From the NCBI GenBank assembly GCA_050008535.1, contig JBEKML010000002.1, forward strand, positions 148,881-212,880: a stretch of DNA of 64,000 nucleotides, written 5' to 3'. This DNA comes from Minisyncoccia bacterium. Its GTDB lineage: Bacteria; Patescibacteriota; Minisyncoccia; UBA6257; 2-01-FULL-56-20. Below, piece after piece: positions 1 to 8,711 of this stretch. The number at the start of each line of letters is the position of its first letter. The first letter of the stretch is position 1. A program made the position numbers and the translations under genes. The notes beneath the pieces are model-generated. The model made no database searches. It saw only the letters and a list, made by a program, of their open reading frames with translations, and was not told the DNA's origin.

Positions 1-2
1 AT

Positions 3-1085
3 CAGAGCTTCATGATCGAAAACAAAAAATATTCGGAGGTGGAATATTTCGAGAAGCTCAAAGAATACGACCCGGGAACCTCCCGCGGCATTGAATCCGC
101 AAAGGAAAAATTCGCGGAGGTCTCAAAGAACGCGATCCATAAATTCGCGCGCATAACCAAGGCCGTGAACGCCACGGGGGACAATCTCTATAATGTAAAG
201 GACGTAAAGGCATGCTTTGACCTGCACGACCTTCAAAACGTGCGGTACGCGCTTCGGGGATGGACCGTGAAGGACTCAATGGATATGTACGGCACGGACG
301 ACACCCAGTGGGATTACGAGAGCGTCAATAACGGCTTGTACGCTTCCCATCTCATCTTCACCACGAACTGCCACACGCACTGCATGGACATCCAATATTC
401 CGACTATTGCAGGTCGTCGTCCCATCTCTTCGGCTGCATCTCGGTCAAAAACAAACAATATTGCATTTTCAACAAGCAGTATCAGAAAGAGGAATACGAA
501 GCGCTGGTGCAAAAGATAAAAGCACAGATGGATGCGATGCCCTATGCGGACAAGAACGGGCGGGTGTTCAAATACGGCGAATTCTTCCCGCCGGAGATCT
601 CACCCTTTGTTTATAACGAGGTGGTGGCGCAGGAATATTTTCCCGTCACCGAGGCACAGGCAATAAAAGAGGGTTTTGGGTGGAAGAAAACAGAGGAAAA
701 GAACTATCAAATTACTTTGCCTGCGGAGCAGATCCCGGAACGCGTTACGGAGACGGACGATTTGATATTACAAAAAGTCATCGGTTGTCTTCATGGGGGA
801 CAATGCGATCATCAGTGCTCCACCGCGTTCCGCCTTATTCCGGCAGAATTGCAATTTTACAAACAAACGAACATTCCGATTCCCCGCCTTTGTCCGAACT
901 GCCGCCACTATAAGCGGCTGGGGAAAAGAAACCCCGTTACCCTGTGGCATCGGCGGTGCATGTGCGCTACGAGGCACGACCATCATCTTATGGGGCAATG
1001 CCCCAACGAGTTCGAAACCTCCTACGCCCCCGACCGCCCGGAGATCGTTTATTGCGAGCAGTGCTACCAGGCAGAGGTGGCGTAG
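3..1085 (+). CDS. CPR Cys-rich repeat / zinc-ribbon-like protein, 5'-truncated by the window edge (paralog 1 of 4)
   Basis: The frame is open to the window start. It shares GEFFP, CxHxGxCxHxC, PRLCPNCR and C-terminal FETSYAPDRPEIVYCEQCY motifs with the paralogs at 12138, 51388 and 53145. Confidence 0.85.
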   Translation, partial: QSFMIENKKYSEVEYFEKLKEYDPGTSRGIESAKEKFAEVSKNAIHKFARITKAVNATGDNLYNVKDVKACFDLHDLQNVRYALRGWTVKDSMDMYGTDDTQWDYESVNNGLYASHLIFTTNCHTHCMDIQYSDYCRSSSHLFGCISVKNKQYCIFNKQYQKEEYEALVQKIKAQMDAMPYADKNGRVFKYGEFFPPEISPFVYNEVVAQEYFPVTEAQAIKEGFGWKKTEEKNYQITLPAEQIPERVTETDDLILQKVIGCLHGGQCDHQCSTAFRLIPAELQFYKQTNIPIPRLCPNCRHYKRLGKRNPVTLWHRRCMCATRHDHHLMGQCPNEFETSYAPDRPEIVYCEQCYQAEVA

Positions 1086-1101
1086 GGCGCCCCGGGCGCC
1101 G

Positions 1102-1176
1102 TGGAGGCGCCGGGATTTGCACCCGGTTCTCCGCGTTCCAACGACGGTGTCCTAGCTGGTAATAGACGACGCCCCC
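1102..1176 (-). tRNA. Non-canonical tRNA-like gene: Ala-type acceptor (G3:U70, A73), ambiguous anticodon (UGG best fit)
   Basis: The reverse complement folds as GGGGGCG TC GTCT ATTACCAGCTA GGAC A CCGTC GTTGGAA CGCGG AGAA CCGGG TGCAAAT CCCGG CGCCTCC A. This gives a 7-bp acceptor, 4-bp D stem and 5-bp T stem. No CCA is encoded. Confidence 0.65.
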
Positions 1177-1443
1177 GCCATCCACGGCGGGTTTACGGTA
1201 GCACAGTAGTGATTAAAACCGCCGAAAATATTTCTAAAGAAAACATAAAACAGCCGCCGAGGCGACCGTTTTATGGGAACGCGGAGATCTAGTTCGTCGC
1301 TATTACAACAAACCGTACCGCCGTGAGACCATTGTACCGCACCACGGAGCGCAGTCAAGAAACATTTTAGAATTTTTTAATGTTTGGCGGCGGCTAGGCG
1401 GTGACGGGCCCTTAAAACGACGCGATTTGCTAGAATTAAGGCA

Positions 1444-3849
1444 ATGCTTGGGTTCTACATTCTTCTCTCGGTCGTCATAGGTGCCGTGGCGGGCATTGCG
1501 GTGTACTTCGGCATTCGCGTCGCGGTGCGGAAGCGGATCGCGTCGTCCTTGAGCACCACGCTCTTTTTGGTGAAGATCCCAAAACCGTCGATGACCGGCC
1601 AGGGGACTCCCGCCGGCGCGAGCGAGCACAGCGACCTCAAAACCGAACTTGCGCACTTTGAACAGCTCCTGGGCAGCATGGCCGCCATCCAGAAGCCGTT
1701 CACCTTCGAGATCGCGGTGCCGCACGTGGGCGAGGAGATCAGTTTTTACCTTGCCGTGCCGAAGCGCTCGTCCGAGGTGGCGGCAAAACAGATCCAGGGG
1801 CTGTGGAGCGGCGCGTCCGTCGAGGCGGCGACGGACGACTTCAATATTTTCAACGTAAACGGCGCTTCAACCGCCGCCTATATGAAACAGAAGGAGCGTT
1901 ACGGCCTGCCTATCCGCACCTATATCGAGCTTGGCACGGATTCGTTTGAGTCCATCCTCGGCGCGCTCGCGAAAATAGACGAGATCGGCGAGGGAGCGGC
2001 GCTGCAGGTCGTGATGCGGCCGGCGCCTTCGGGCGTGAAGGATGAGGTGCGGCACGTAATAGAACGGCTTAAGAAAGGCGAGACCTTCAAAAAAGCGTTC
2101 CACGGGGATTTCCACCGGTCGTTTTCCGACGCGGGCGAAGTTTTCAATCCAAAAACAAAAGAAAAGAAAGCGGAAGAAAAGCAGGAACACGTGGTGGACG
2201 AGGAAGCGGTGAAAGCACTGCAATCAAAGATCACGAAGCCGCTCTTTTTTGTGAACGTGCGGATAGTGGCGTCGGCCGGGTCGCCGTTCCAGGCGAACGA
2301 CATCCTGGACGGCATCGCGGCCGGCTTCAGTCAGTTCGCAAGCCCCATGCGGAACGAGCTCCGGGTCGTCACGCCGCGGAATCCCAGCAAGCTCATCCGC
2401 CAATTCATCGCCCGCGAGTTTGACGCCGGCCAGGCCATGACCCTCTCAACCGAAGAGATCGCAAGCTTCTACCATTTCCCGATCGCTTCCACCGAGACGC
2501 CGCGCGTGAAGTGGCTGAAGTCAAAAGAAGCCCCGCCGCCGGAAGACCTCCCGCAGAAGGGGACGCTCCTCGGCGACGCCGTCTTCCGCGGGCAGATGAA
2601 GCCGGTCTATCTCACGGATGATGACCGCCGCCGGCATCTCTACGTGATCGGGCAGACGGGCACGGGGAAATCCACATTCCTCGGCAACATGGTGATAGAA
2701 GACATCCGGGCGGGCAAGGGCGTGGCGATCATTGACCCACACGGCGACCTTGTGGAGAACGCCCTGGGCTTCGTGCCGAAGGAGCGCCTGGACGACGTGA
2801 TCTATTTCGATCCGGGCGACCTCGCGCGGCCGCTCGGCCTGAACATGCTTGATTACAATATAAACCGGCCGGAGGAAAAGACGTTCATCGTGAACGAGAT
2901 GCAAAGCATCTTCAACAAGCTCTTCCCGCCGGAAACGATGGGGCCGATGTTTGAGCAGTACATGCGGAATGCGCTCCTTTTGATGATGGAGGACATGCCG
3001 AACGAACCAACGACCCTGATCGAAGTGCCGCGCATTTTCACGGATTCCGCGTACCGCGCGCGCAAACTGGAGCGCATCCACAATCCGGTCGTTGTTGATT
3101 TCTGGCAGAAGGAAGCGGTGAAGGCGGGCGGCGAGGCGTCGCTTGCGAACATGACGCCCTATATCACCTCCAAGTTCAACAACTTCATTTCCAACGACTA
3201 TATGCGGCCGATCATCGGCCAGCCGAAGTCGGCGTTCAATTTCCGCGAGGTGATGGATTCGGGGAAAATTTTATTGATCAATCTTTCCAAGGGGAAAATA
3301 GGGGATATCAACGCGGGGCTCCTTGGGATGGTCTTTACGGGGAAGATCCTCATGGCCGCGCTCTCGCGCATTGACGTGGCGGATGCGGCGCAGCGGCGGG
3401 ACTTCAATCTTTACATAGACGAGTTCCAGAACTTTACGACGGATTCTATCGCGACGATTTTGTCCGAGGCGCGGAAGTACCGCCTGAACCTGACGATGGC
3501 GCACCAGTTCATCGGCCAGCTGACAGACAAGATCAAAGATGCGGTCTTTGGGAACGTGGGATCTATGCTTGTGTTCCGGGTTGGCGTGCAGGATGCGGAG
3601 TTTCTTGTGAAGCAATTTGAGCCGGTGTTCAACCAGAATGATTTGCTTAATATTGATAATCTGAATGCGTATGCGAAGATTCTTATTAATGGGCAGACGT
3701 CGAGGCCGTTCAATATGAAGGTGGGGACGATGTCGTGGGGAGGGGGGAATAAAGAACTTGCTGGGAAGCTTAAGGAATATTCAAGGATGAAATACGGAGC
3801 TGATCGGCAGGCTATAGAAGACGAAATTTATCGGCGGCTTCGGGAATAG
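1444..3849 (+). CDS. VirB4/TraD(TrwB)/HerA-like ATPase with N-terminal membrane anchor
   Basis: Walker A GQTGTGKS, IDPHGD, Walker B YIDEFQNF and SEARKY motifs; N-terminal TM helix. Confidence 0.85.
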   Translation: MLGFYILLSVVIGAVAGIAVYFGIRVAVRKRIASSLSTTLFLVKIPKPSMTGQGTPAGASEHSDLKTELAHFEQLLGSMAAIQKPFTFEIAVPHVGEEISFYLAVPKRSSEVAAKQIQGLWSGASVEAATDDFNIFNVNGASTAAYMKQKERYGLPIRTYIELGTDSFESILGALAKIDEIGEGAALQVVMRPAPSGVKDEVRHVIERLKKGETFKKAFHGDFHRSFSDAGEVFNPKTKEKKAEEKQEHVVDEEAVKALQSKITKPLFFVNVRIVASAGSPFQANDILDGIAAGFSQFASPMRNELRVVTPRNPSKLIRQFIAREFDAGQAMTLSTEEIASFYHFPIASTETPRVKWLKSKEAPPPEDLPQKGTLLGDAVFRGQMKPVYLTDDDRRRHLYVIGQTGTGKSTFLGNMVIEDIRAGKGVAIIDPHGDLVENALGFVPKERLDDVIYFDPGDLARPLGLNMLDYNINRPEEKTFIVNEMQSIFNKLFPPETMGPMFEQYMRNALLLMMEDMPNEPTTLIEVPRIFTDSAYRARKLERIHNPVVVDFWQKEAVKAGGEASLANMTPYITSKFNNFISNDYMRPIIGQPKSAFNFREVMDSGKILLINLSKGKIGDINAGLLGMVFTGKILMAALSRIDVADAAQRRDFNLYIDEFQNFTTDSIATILSEARKYRLNLTMAHQFIGQLTDKIKDAVFGNVGSMLVFRVGVQDAEFLVKQFEPVFNQNDLLNIDNLNAYAKILINGQTSRPFNMKVGTMSWGGGNKELAGKLKEYSRMKYGADRQAIEDEIYRRLRE

Positions 3850-3851
3850 GC

Positions 3852-4014
3852 CTCTGCCTGCGGCCTTGCCTTTGCGGGTACGGGCGTTCTCGCGCTCCAG
3901 CGGCGCGAGCCACCCTGCTCTCTCGCCCCGATTGCCGAAATGCACCCAATGGCATTTCGGACCAAGCCAATCGGGGCTCCGAGAGCCCCCGCCAAGGCAA
4001 GGGCGCAGGCGGAG
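3852..4014. repeat. 163-bp GC-rich branched inverted-repeat element (MITE/REP-like or structured RNA)
   Basis: 27-bp arms at 3852-3878 and 3988-4014 match at 24/27 positions. They enclose nested stems (CTCGCGC/GCGCGAG, CCCCGATTG/CAATCGGGG, CCGAAATGC/GCATTTCGG). Confidence 0.7.
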
Positions 4015-4074
4015 TTCCATCCATTGAAAAGAATGGCAAAAAATCGTAAAATTTGAGAAAGTTCTAAGAAGAAA

Positions 4075-4953
4075 ATGGCCAAGAGAAAACTTATAAAGAA
4101 GTCAAGGAAGACTTTAGGAAAATTTAATGCCCGGGAGCGTAAGATAATGGAAAATCTTATGCCAGCATATTACAAACAAGGTAGCTTTGCCTTGTATCAC
4201 GGAAACTCTTTGGATGTTTTGGCCGAATTCCCCGAGAACTCGGTGGATATGATATTTGCCGATCCTCCATACAATCTTTCCAATGGTGGATTTTCAGTAC
4301 ATGCAGGGAAAATGGTAAGTGTAAATAAGGGAGATTGGGATAAAAGTAGAGGATTTAAAGGCGATTACGATTTCCATTACAAATGGCTGGAAGCAGTAAG
4401 GCGCATACTGAAGCCAGGTGGTTCATTGTGGGTGAGTGGGACTTATCATTCAATATATCAGTGCGGACACGCAATTCAGGCTTTGGGTTACCATATTCTA
4501 AACGATATTGCATGGTTCAAACCAAATGCATCGCCAAATTTAAGTTGCCGATTCTTTACAGCAAGCCATGAAACATTAATATGGGCCCGTAAAGATACGA
4601 AAGGGAAGCACGTTTTTAATTATGCGGCGATGAAAAATGGTATCTGGAACAGCGATTTTCTAAAAAAACCGAATGTGCAAATGCGATCAGTGTGGGCTAT
4701 TGGAACACCAAAATCAGAGGAAAAGAAGTTTGGCAAACACCCAACTCAAAAACCACACGAGCTATTAAAGCGTATCGTTCTTGCAAGCACCAACAAGGGA
4801 GACTTGATAGTGGATCCCTTTACGGGGAGTTCAACAACGGGCGTTGCGGCTAATCTTTATGGCAGAAAATTTATCGGCATCGATACGGAAAAAAAATTCC
4901 TCGACCTCTCCATCAAACGGTTTGAAGATATGATCAGGAATCAATTGGTATAG
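4075..4953 (+). CDS. Site-specific DNA methyltransferase, beta-class N4/N6 (DpnA/M2.DpnII-like); start may be 4147
   Basis: Catalytic DPPY near the N terminus, HPTQKP, and SAM-binding DPFTGS near the C terminus. Confidence 0.9.
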   Translation: MAKRKLIKKSRKTLGKFNARERKIMENLMPAYYKQGSFALYHGNSLDVLAEFPENSVDMIFADPPYNLSNGGFSVHAGKMVSVNKGDWDKSRGFKGDYDFHYKWLEAVRRILKPGGSLWVSGTYHSIYQCGHAIQALGYHILNDIAWFKPNASPNLSCRFFTASHETLIWARKDTKGKHVFNYAAMKNGIWNSDFLKKPNVQMRSVWAIGTPKSEEKKFGKHPTQKPHELLKRIVLASTNKGDLIVDPFTGSSTTGVAANLYGRKFIGIDTEKKFLDLSIKRFEDMIRNQLV

Positions 4954-4954
4954 T

Positions 4955-5533
4955 CTACCTTTTTGTATAGCCTGGTAGGGCGGCCTGAAGAACTTCCGTG
5001 TAGTGAAGCTTATTATCAATATAGTCGCGAAGTGCTGTGAGGAGATCGTGAAACATATAGGCACCCGCGCGGAGCTTTTCGTTTTTCGAGAATAATTCGA
5101 TAACCGTTGCAACGTAATCAAGCGAGAGGGTATAAGGTTGATCTATGTGGGCATATTTTGATGTAATTTCTTCCACGGTTTCGAGTTGATAATTATTCCG
5201 TTCTTCAACTGAGAAAAATGGTTTGCTGCGATCGTAAAATTTGATGTAATATTCAATAATTTCCCGTACTTCGGCGCGGTATTGCGGAATTTTTAGAAGA
5301 AGATCAACTACCCAAAACGTATGTGTCGGCGGTCTGAGTCGTTTGTCTCCGCCAGGGATTAAGATTTTAATGACGAAGTCCAATTCAGGGTTTGCTCCGC
5401 GACTTCCTTGGAAAAGACCAATTAGTGTTCCATCCCGCGTTGTGTAGGTCTTAAAAGCAGAGACGTTTGGACGAATTTGTTTCAAATTCGTCCCGTCATA
5501 ATATTTGGGGTTGTAAACCAATGGCGCTGGCAT
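4955..5533 (-). CDS. Hypothetical protein in R-M islet
   Basis: 192-aa ORF 4 bp downstream of the nuclease gene, convergent with the methyltransferase, AT-rich. Confidence 0.7.
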   Translation of the reverse strand: MPAPLVYNPKYYDGTNLKQIRPNVSAFKTYTTRDGTLIGLFQGSRGANPELDFVIKILIPGGDKRLRPPTHTFWVVDLLLKIPQYRAEVREIIEYYIKFYDRSKPFFSVEERNNYQLETVEEITSKYAHIDQPYTLSLDYVATVIELFSKNEKLRAGAYMFHDLLTALRDYIDNKLHYTEVLQAALPGYTKR

Positions 5534-5537
5534 GTTG

Positions 5538-6062
5538 CTAAGTTTGAGGCTTTGGGAGACCTAAAAAATCAAGGGGAAGACTTTGAAAATAATAATGGCA
5601 ACCAACTGCTTTTATGAAGTCCAGTGTGTCTTTATATTCTGGCTTTTGGAACCAATCACTTAAAATATAAATAAACTCAGTCTCGATCCCGAGCGGCTTA
5701 AACAATTTTTGATATTGCCTCTTTTTAAAATCGCATGTTTGTAGCTTCTCGTCTACGGATCCAGCGACCGCCTGGAATTTTATTTCTATAATAAAAACTT
5801 TTTTCTGGCTTGGAACATAGAGCGCTTCGTCTGGGAGTAGCTTCTTTGAAAGTACGGTTTTATAATCTACCTCGCGCTCTTCAAGAAATCGATAAAGCTT
5901 GTTCTTGCCGATACTTTGTGCTACTACCTTTCCGGTATGCAGAATCAAGTCGCCATCTACGGAGTATCCTGGCGTTTTGGCAAAGACCAACAGTAAATTA
6001 ACCCGACCCTCAAAATCAAGCCCGACTCGCGTCCTTGCGCCACCAATCCCGTGCTTTATCAT
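5538..6062 (-). CDS. PD-(D/E)XK nuclease, putative restriction endonuclease
   Basis: LLPDEA...IIEIKFQ catalytic signature and GSVDEKLQTC motif, close to a methyltransferase. Confidence 0.75.
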   Translation of the reverse strand: MIKHGIGGARTRVGLDFEGRVNLLLVFAKTPGYSVDGDLILHTGKVVAQSIGKNKLYRFLEEREVDYKTVLSKKLLPDEALYVPSQKKVFIIEIKFQAVAGSVDEKLQTCDFKKRQYQKLFKPLGIETEFIYILSDWFQKPEYKDTLDFIKAVGCHYYFQSLPLDFLGLPKPQT

Positions 6063-6155
6063 GGGCGTTTAACCAAATTTTAATCATTTTTTAATGAATT
6101 GTACAAGTTCCACGTTCCAGTGTGCTCGTCATTATCAACATGGTATAATAAACAC

Positions 6156-6470
6156 ATGAAAAGGGTGGTGGTTTTTGGAGCGCTGCTTCTCGTGGGAATC
6201 GGTTTGATCGCTGTGGCGATGCATCCTGCCTATGCTTACGTAAGTGTTCGCGGCTATTATCGGAGCAATGGGACATACGTCCAACCCTATGTGCGCTCCA
6301 GTCCGAACAGCTTGAAATATGACAACTACAATTATTCTGGAGGAAGCTTATACAACAATTCCTATTACGCACCGACAAAGAATTACAGTCCGAGCTGGTA
6401 TACACCTTCATATGTAACTGATCCATATTATTATCAGGGGAAAAGCATCTATAACTCACGTCGTTTTTAA
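6156..6470 (+). CDS. Small secreted Tyr-rich protein with VxGYxRxNGTYVxP motif
   Basis: Signal peptide MKRVVVFGALLL...AYA; TGGTATAAT lies 6 nt before ATG 6156. Confidence 0.7.
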   Translation: MKRVVVFGALLLVGIGLIAVAMHPAYAYVSVRGYYRSNGTYVQPYVRSSPNSLKYDNYNYSGGSLYNNSYYAPTKNYSPSWYTPSYVTDPYYYQGKSIYNSRRF

Positions 6471-6585
6471 TCAAAATTTAATGATTAGTATGTTATATTT
6501 GGATTTGACGTATGATTTATAAAATGTTAAAATCCGTCATCAGCAACTTTGTCGGAGTTGTTTGTGTATAATAAAGACAACCCTT

Positions 6586-6804
6586 ATGGGGAAGAAAATA
6601 ACTAAGAAAAGAGTTCACCAAAACGAGTCACTAATAGGAGAGTTGATTGAATTGCGGACCGAAGTCTGCAAGTTGCCAAGATTGTCGCCGATCGAAAAAG
6701 AACTTCATGAGGCAGAGGTCCGTTTTGAAGCAACCTATCATTCCAATAAACTAGAGGGGAATAAGCTTTCTGAGGATGAAGCGAGAAGCGCGATAATGAT
6801 ATAA
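6586..6804 (+). CDS. Putative Fic antitoxin carrying the inhibitory helix motif
   Basis: HSNKLEGNKLS matches (S/T)xxxE(G/N); the ORF ends 6 bp before the fic gene; TATAAT upstream. Confidence 0.65.
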   Translation: MGKKITKKRVHQNESLIGELIELRTEVCKLPRLSPIEKELHEAEVRFEATYHSNKLEGNKLSEDEARSAIMI

Positions 6805-6810
6805 GTTTTT

Positions 6811-7461
6811 ATGGCGTTTCCGCAGAATAAAAAAGATTTGGATATCTTAGAAGAAAGAGGCTATTGGAAGGCCTCTTCTTTTTTAAGTAATACAGTGCAC
6901 AAGCTGATTCGTAAAAATTTGCCGTTTGAACTTGGATATGTTAAGCAGGCCCACAAGATTACTTTCGATGCCGCTAATCAATCAGGCATAGCTGGCAAAT
7001 ATCGTCGTGACAATCCGGAGCTGAAGAGAATTGATGGATCATTGCTTGTTATTACGCATTGGCACAATGTTCCGAACGAAATGGCAAAATTGGATACAGA
7101 AGTACGTTTAGCCACGAGGGGATTGAGGAAGGTGAGGACGAAGGGACAGTATAGAAACATTATTGAAAAGGCTGCGCGTCTTTCTCATCGATTAGCATGT
7201 ATTCATCCTTTTGAAAACGGAAACGGACGCGCTTCACGCTTGCTCCTAAATGCTATTCTTATGCGAGCCGGATTGCACGAAGTAGCTATTAAGGTAGATA
7301 AAGATAGATACCTACGAAGTATGCGGCAGGCAGACGACGGAGACTTCTCGATGCTCAAAAAAATAATATTAGAAAGTTTGGTTGAGAATGAAAAAAAATT
7401 GTACAAGTTAGTCAAAAGGAAGCAAGCGGAACAAGGCAAGCATAAAAAGTGCCGTTCTTAG
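6811..7461 (+). CDS. Fic family protein (AMP transferase)
   Basis: Canonical Fic motif HPFENGNGRASR. Confidence 0.9.
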   Translation: MAFPQNKKDLDILEERGYWKASSFLSNTVHKLIRKNLPFELGYVKQAHKITFDAANQSGIAGKYRRDNPELKRIDGSLLVITHWHNVPNEMAKLDTEVRLATRGLRKVRTKGQYRNIIEKAARLSHRLACIHPFENGNGRASRLLLNAILMRAGLHEVAIKVDKDRYLRSMRQADDGDFSMLKKIILESLVENEKKLYKLVKRKQAEQGKHKKCRS

Positions 7462-7578
7462 CGGTTTCAATATGAACTGTCGTGATCCGGTGGGGCCAGA
7501 TTCCCTACCTTACTGACTGATGGTGGTGGCGGGTGGCCCACGCTTGTTTGTGCTATACTGAACCTACAACTGAATGGG

Positions 7579-7669
7579 TTATCCAGAGTGCGGGGAGGGA
7601 ACTGGCCCTACGATCCGCCGGCAACTTGCGAGGGCAAAGTGCTAATTCCAGCCCGAAAGGGGAAGATAA
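7579..7669 (+). ncRNA. SAM-I (S-box) riboswitch
   Basis: TTATCCAGAG...GAGGGAACTGGCCC...GGCAAC...GTGCTAATTCC...GAAGATAA; P1 is TTATC/GATAA. It lies upstream of metK, follows a TGCTATACT -10 element and precedes a hairpin plus U tract. Confidence 0.85.
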
Positions 7670-7738
7670 AGGTCGTAGCGCTTTTTCTTTCGGGAATGGC
7701 GTTTTTTATTTGGTAATAAACAAAATAAAATTAAAATT

Positions 7739-8686
7739 ATGAACACAAAAATACGAACGGCGGAATTTGTTTCGCCAAGGCATCCGGACAAAATGTGCGA
7801 CCTTATCGCGGACACGCTTCTTGATGCGTTCCTTGCGGGGGATAAAAAGAGCCGCGTCGCGGCGGAGGTGATGGGCGGCCACGGGCACATCACTGTTTCG
7901 GGGGAGATCACGAGCCGGACGGACGTGGATATGGAAAAGATCGTGAAGGGCGTGGTGGGCGAGGAGTACAACGTTCACGTTTACCTTACGAAGCAGAGCC
8001 CGGAGATCGCGCAGGGCGTGGACACGGGCGGCGCGGGCGACCAGGGGATCATGATGGGGTATGCTACGCGGGAAGCCGAGAATTTTATGCCCCTGGAATA
8101 CGAGCTTGCGCGGGATCTCTGCCGGAAGATATATGCAAAATATCCGCATGACGGGAAAACGCAGGTGACGGTGGAGGGCACGAAGGTACGCACGGTCGTC
8201 GCGAGCTTTCAGGGTACAAAGACCCCGGAACTTATGGCGCTCGTGCGGGGGCTTATAAAAGCCGACGAGTATCTTGTGAATCCTGCGGGTGAGTGGATGA
8301 TGGGCGGCTTTGACGCCGATTCGGGAATTTCCGGCCGGAAGATCGTCATTGATAACTACGGCCCGGAGGTGGGCGTGGGCGGGGGATCCTTCTCCGGCAA
8401 GGATTACACAAAGGTGGACCGGAGCGGCGCCTACATGGCGCGCCGCATCGCGGTGGACTATTTGAAACAGCACGCGGACGTGGAAACGGTGCGCGTGAAG
8501 CTCGCGTACGCGATAGGGAAGGCGGAGCCCGTGATGGCGGTTTTGGACGCGGACGGCGTGGAGGTTGCCATTCAGGGATATGACCTCTCGCCTGCGGGGA
8601 TCTTCAAGTTTCTGGAGTTGGACAAGGTCCGGTGGGCGGAGACGTCGAGCTGGGGGCACTTCGGACGTGAGTTCAGTTGGGGATAG
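7739..8686 (+). CDS. metK: S-adenosylmethionine synthetase (compact, 315 aa)
   Basis: HPDKMCD, GAGDQG, GGGSFSGKDYTKVDRSGAY motifs. Confidence 0.93.
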   Translation: MNTKIRTAEFVSPRHPDKMCDLIADTLLDAFLAGDKKSRVAAEVMGGHGHITVSGEITSRTDVDMEKIVKGVVGEEYNVHVYLTKQSPEIAQGVDTGGAGDQGIMMGYATREAENFMPLEYELARDLCRKIYAKYPHDGKTQVTVEGTKVRTVVASFQGTKTPELMALVRGLIKADEYLVNPAGEWMMGGFDADSGISGRKIVIDNYGPEVGVGGGSFSGKDYTKVDRSGAYMARRIAVDYLKQHADVETVRVKLAYAIGKAEPVMAVLDADGVEVAIQGYDLSPAGIFKFLELDKVRWAETSSWGHFGREFSWG

Positions 8687-8711
8687 GGAAGAGATGCGTT
8701 AGAATAGTTGT

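Noticed and set aside
1010-1085. Near-identical 3' ends of Cys-rich genes (also 53054-53130 and 54820-54896) as DGR variable/template repeats
   Set aside because: The differences are mostly synonymous and not adenine-specific, all copies are coding, and no reverse transcriptase is present in the window.
1102-1176. Standard or permuted tmRNA gene
   Set aside because: The 3' end is tmRNA-like, but the 5' and 3' acceptor strands are only 75 nt apart in normal order, with no tag ORF or pseudoknots.
1444-3849. Conjugative element based on the VirB4/TraD-like ATPase
   Set aside because: No relaxase, integrase or other mating-pair genes lie nearby; such ATPases are common chromosomal genes in CPR.
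7706-8659. Long antisense ORFs (also 10184-11134, 34959-36152, 37023-38189, 46614-47621)
   Set aside because: They are shadows of well-supported genes on the opposite strand in GC-rich DNA and carry no recognisable motifs.
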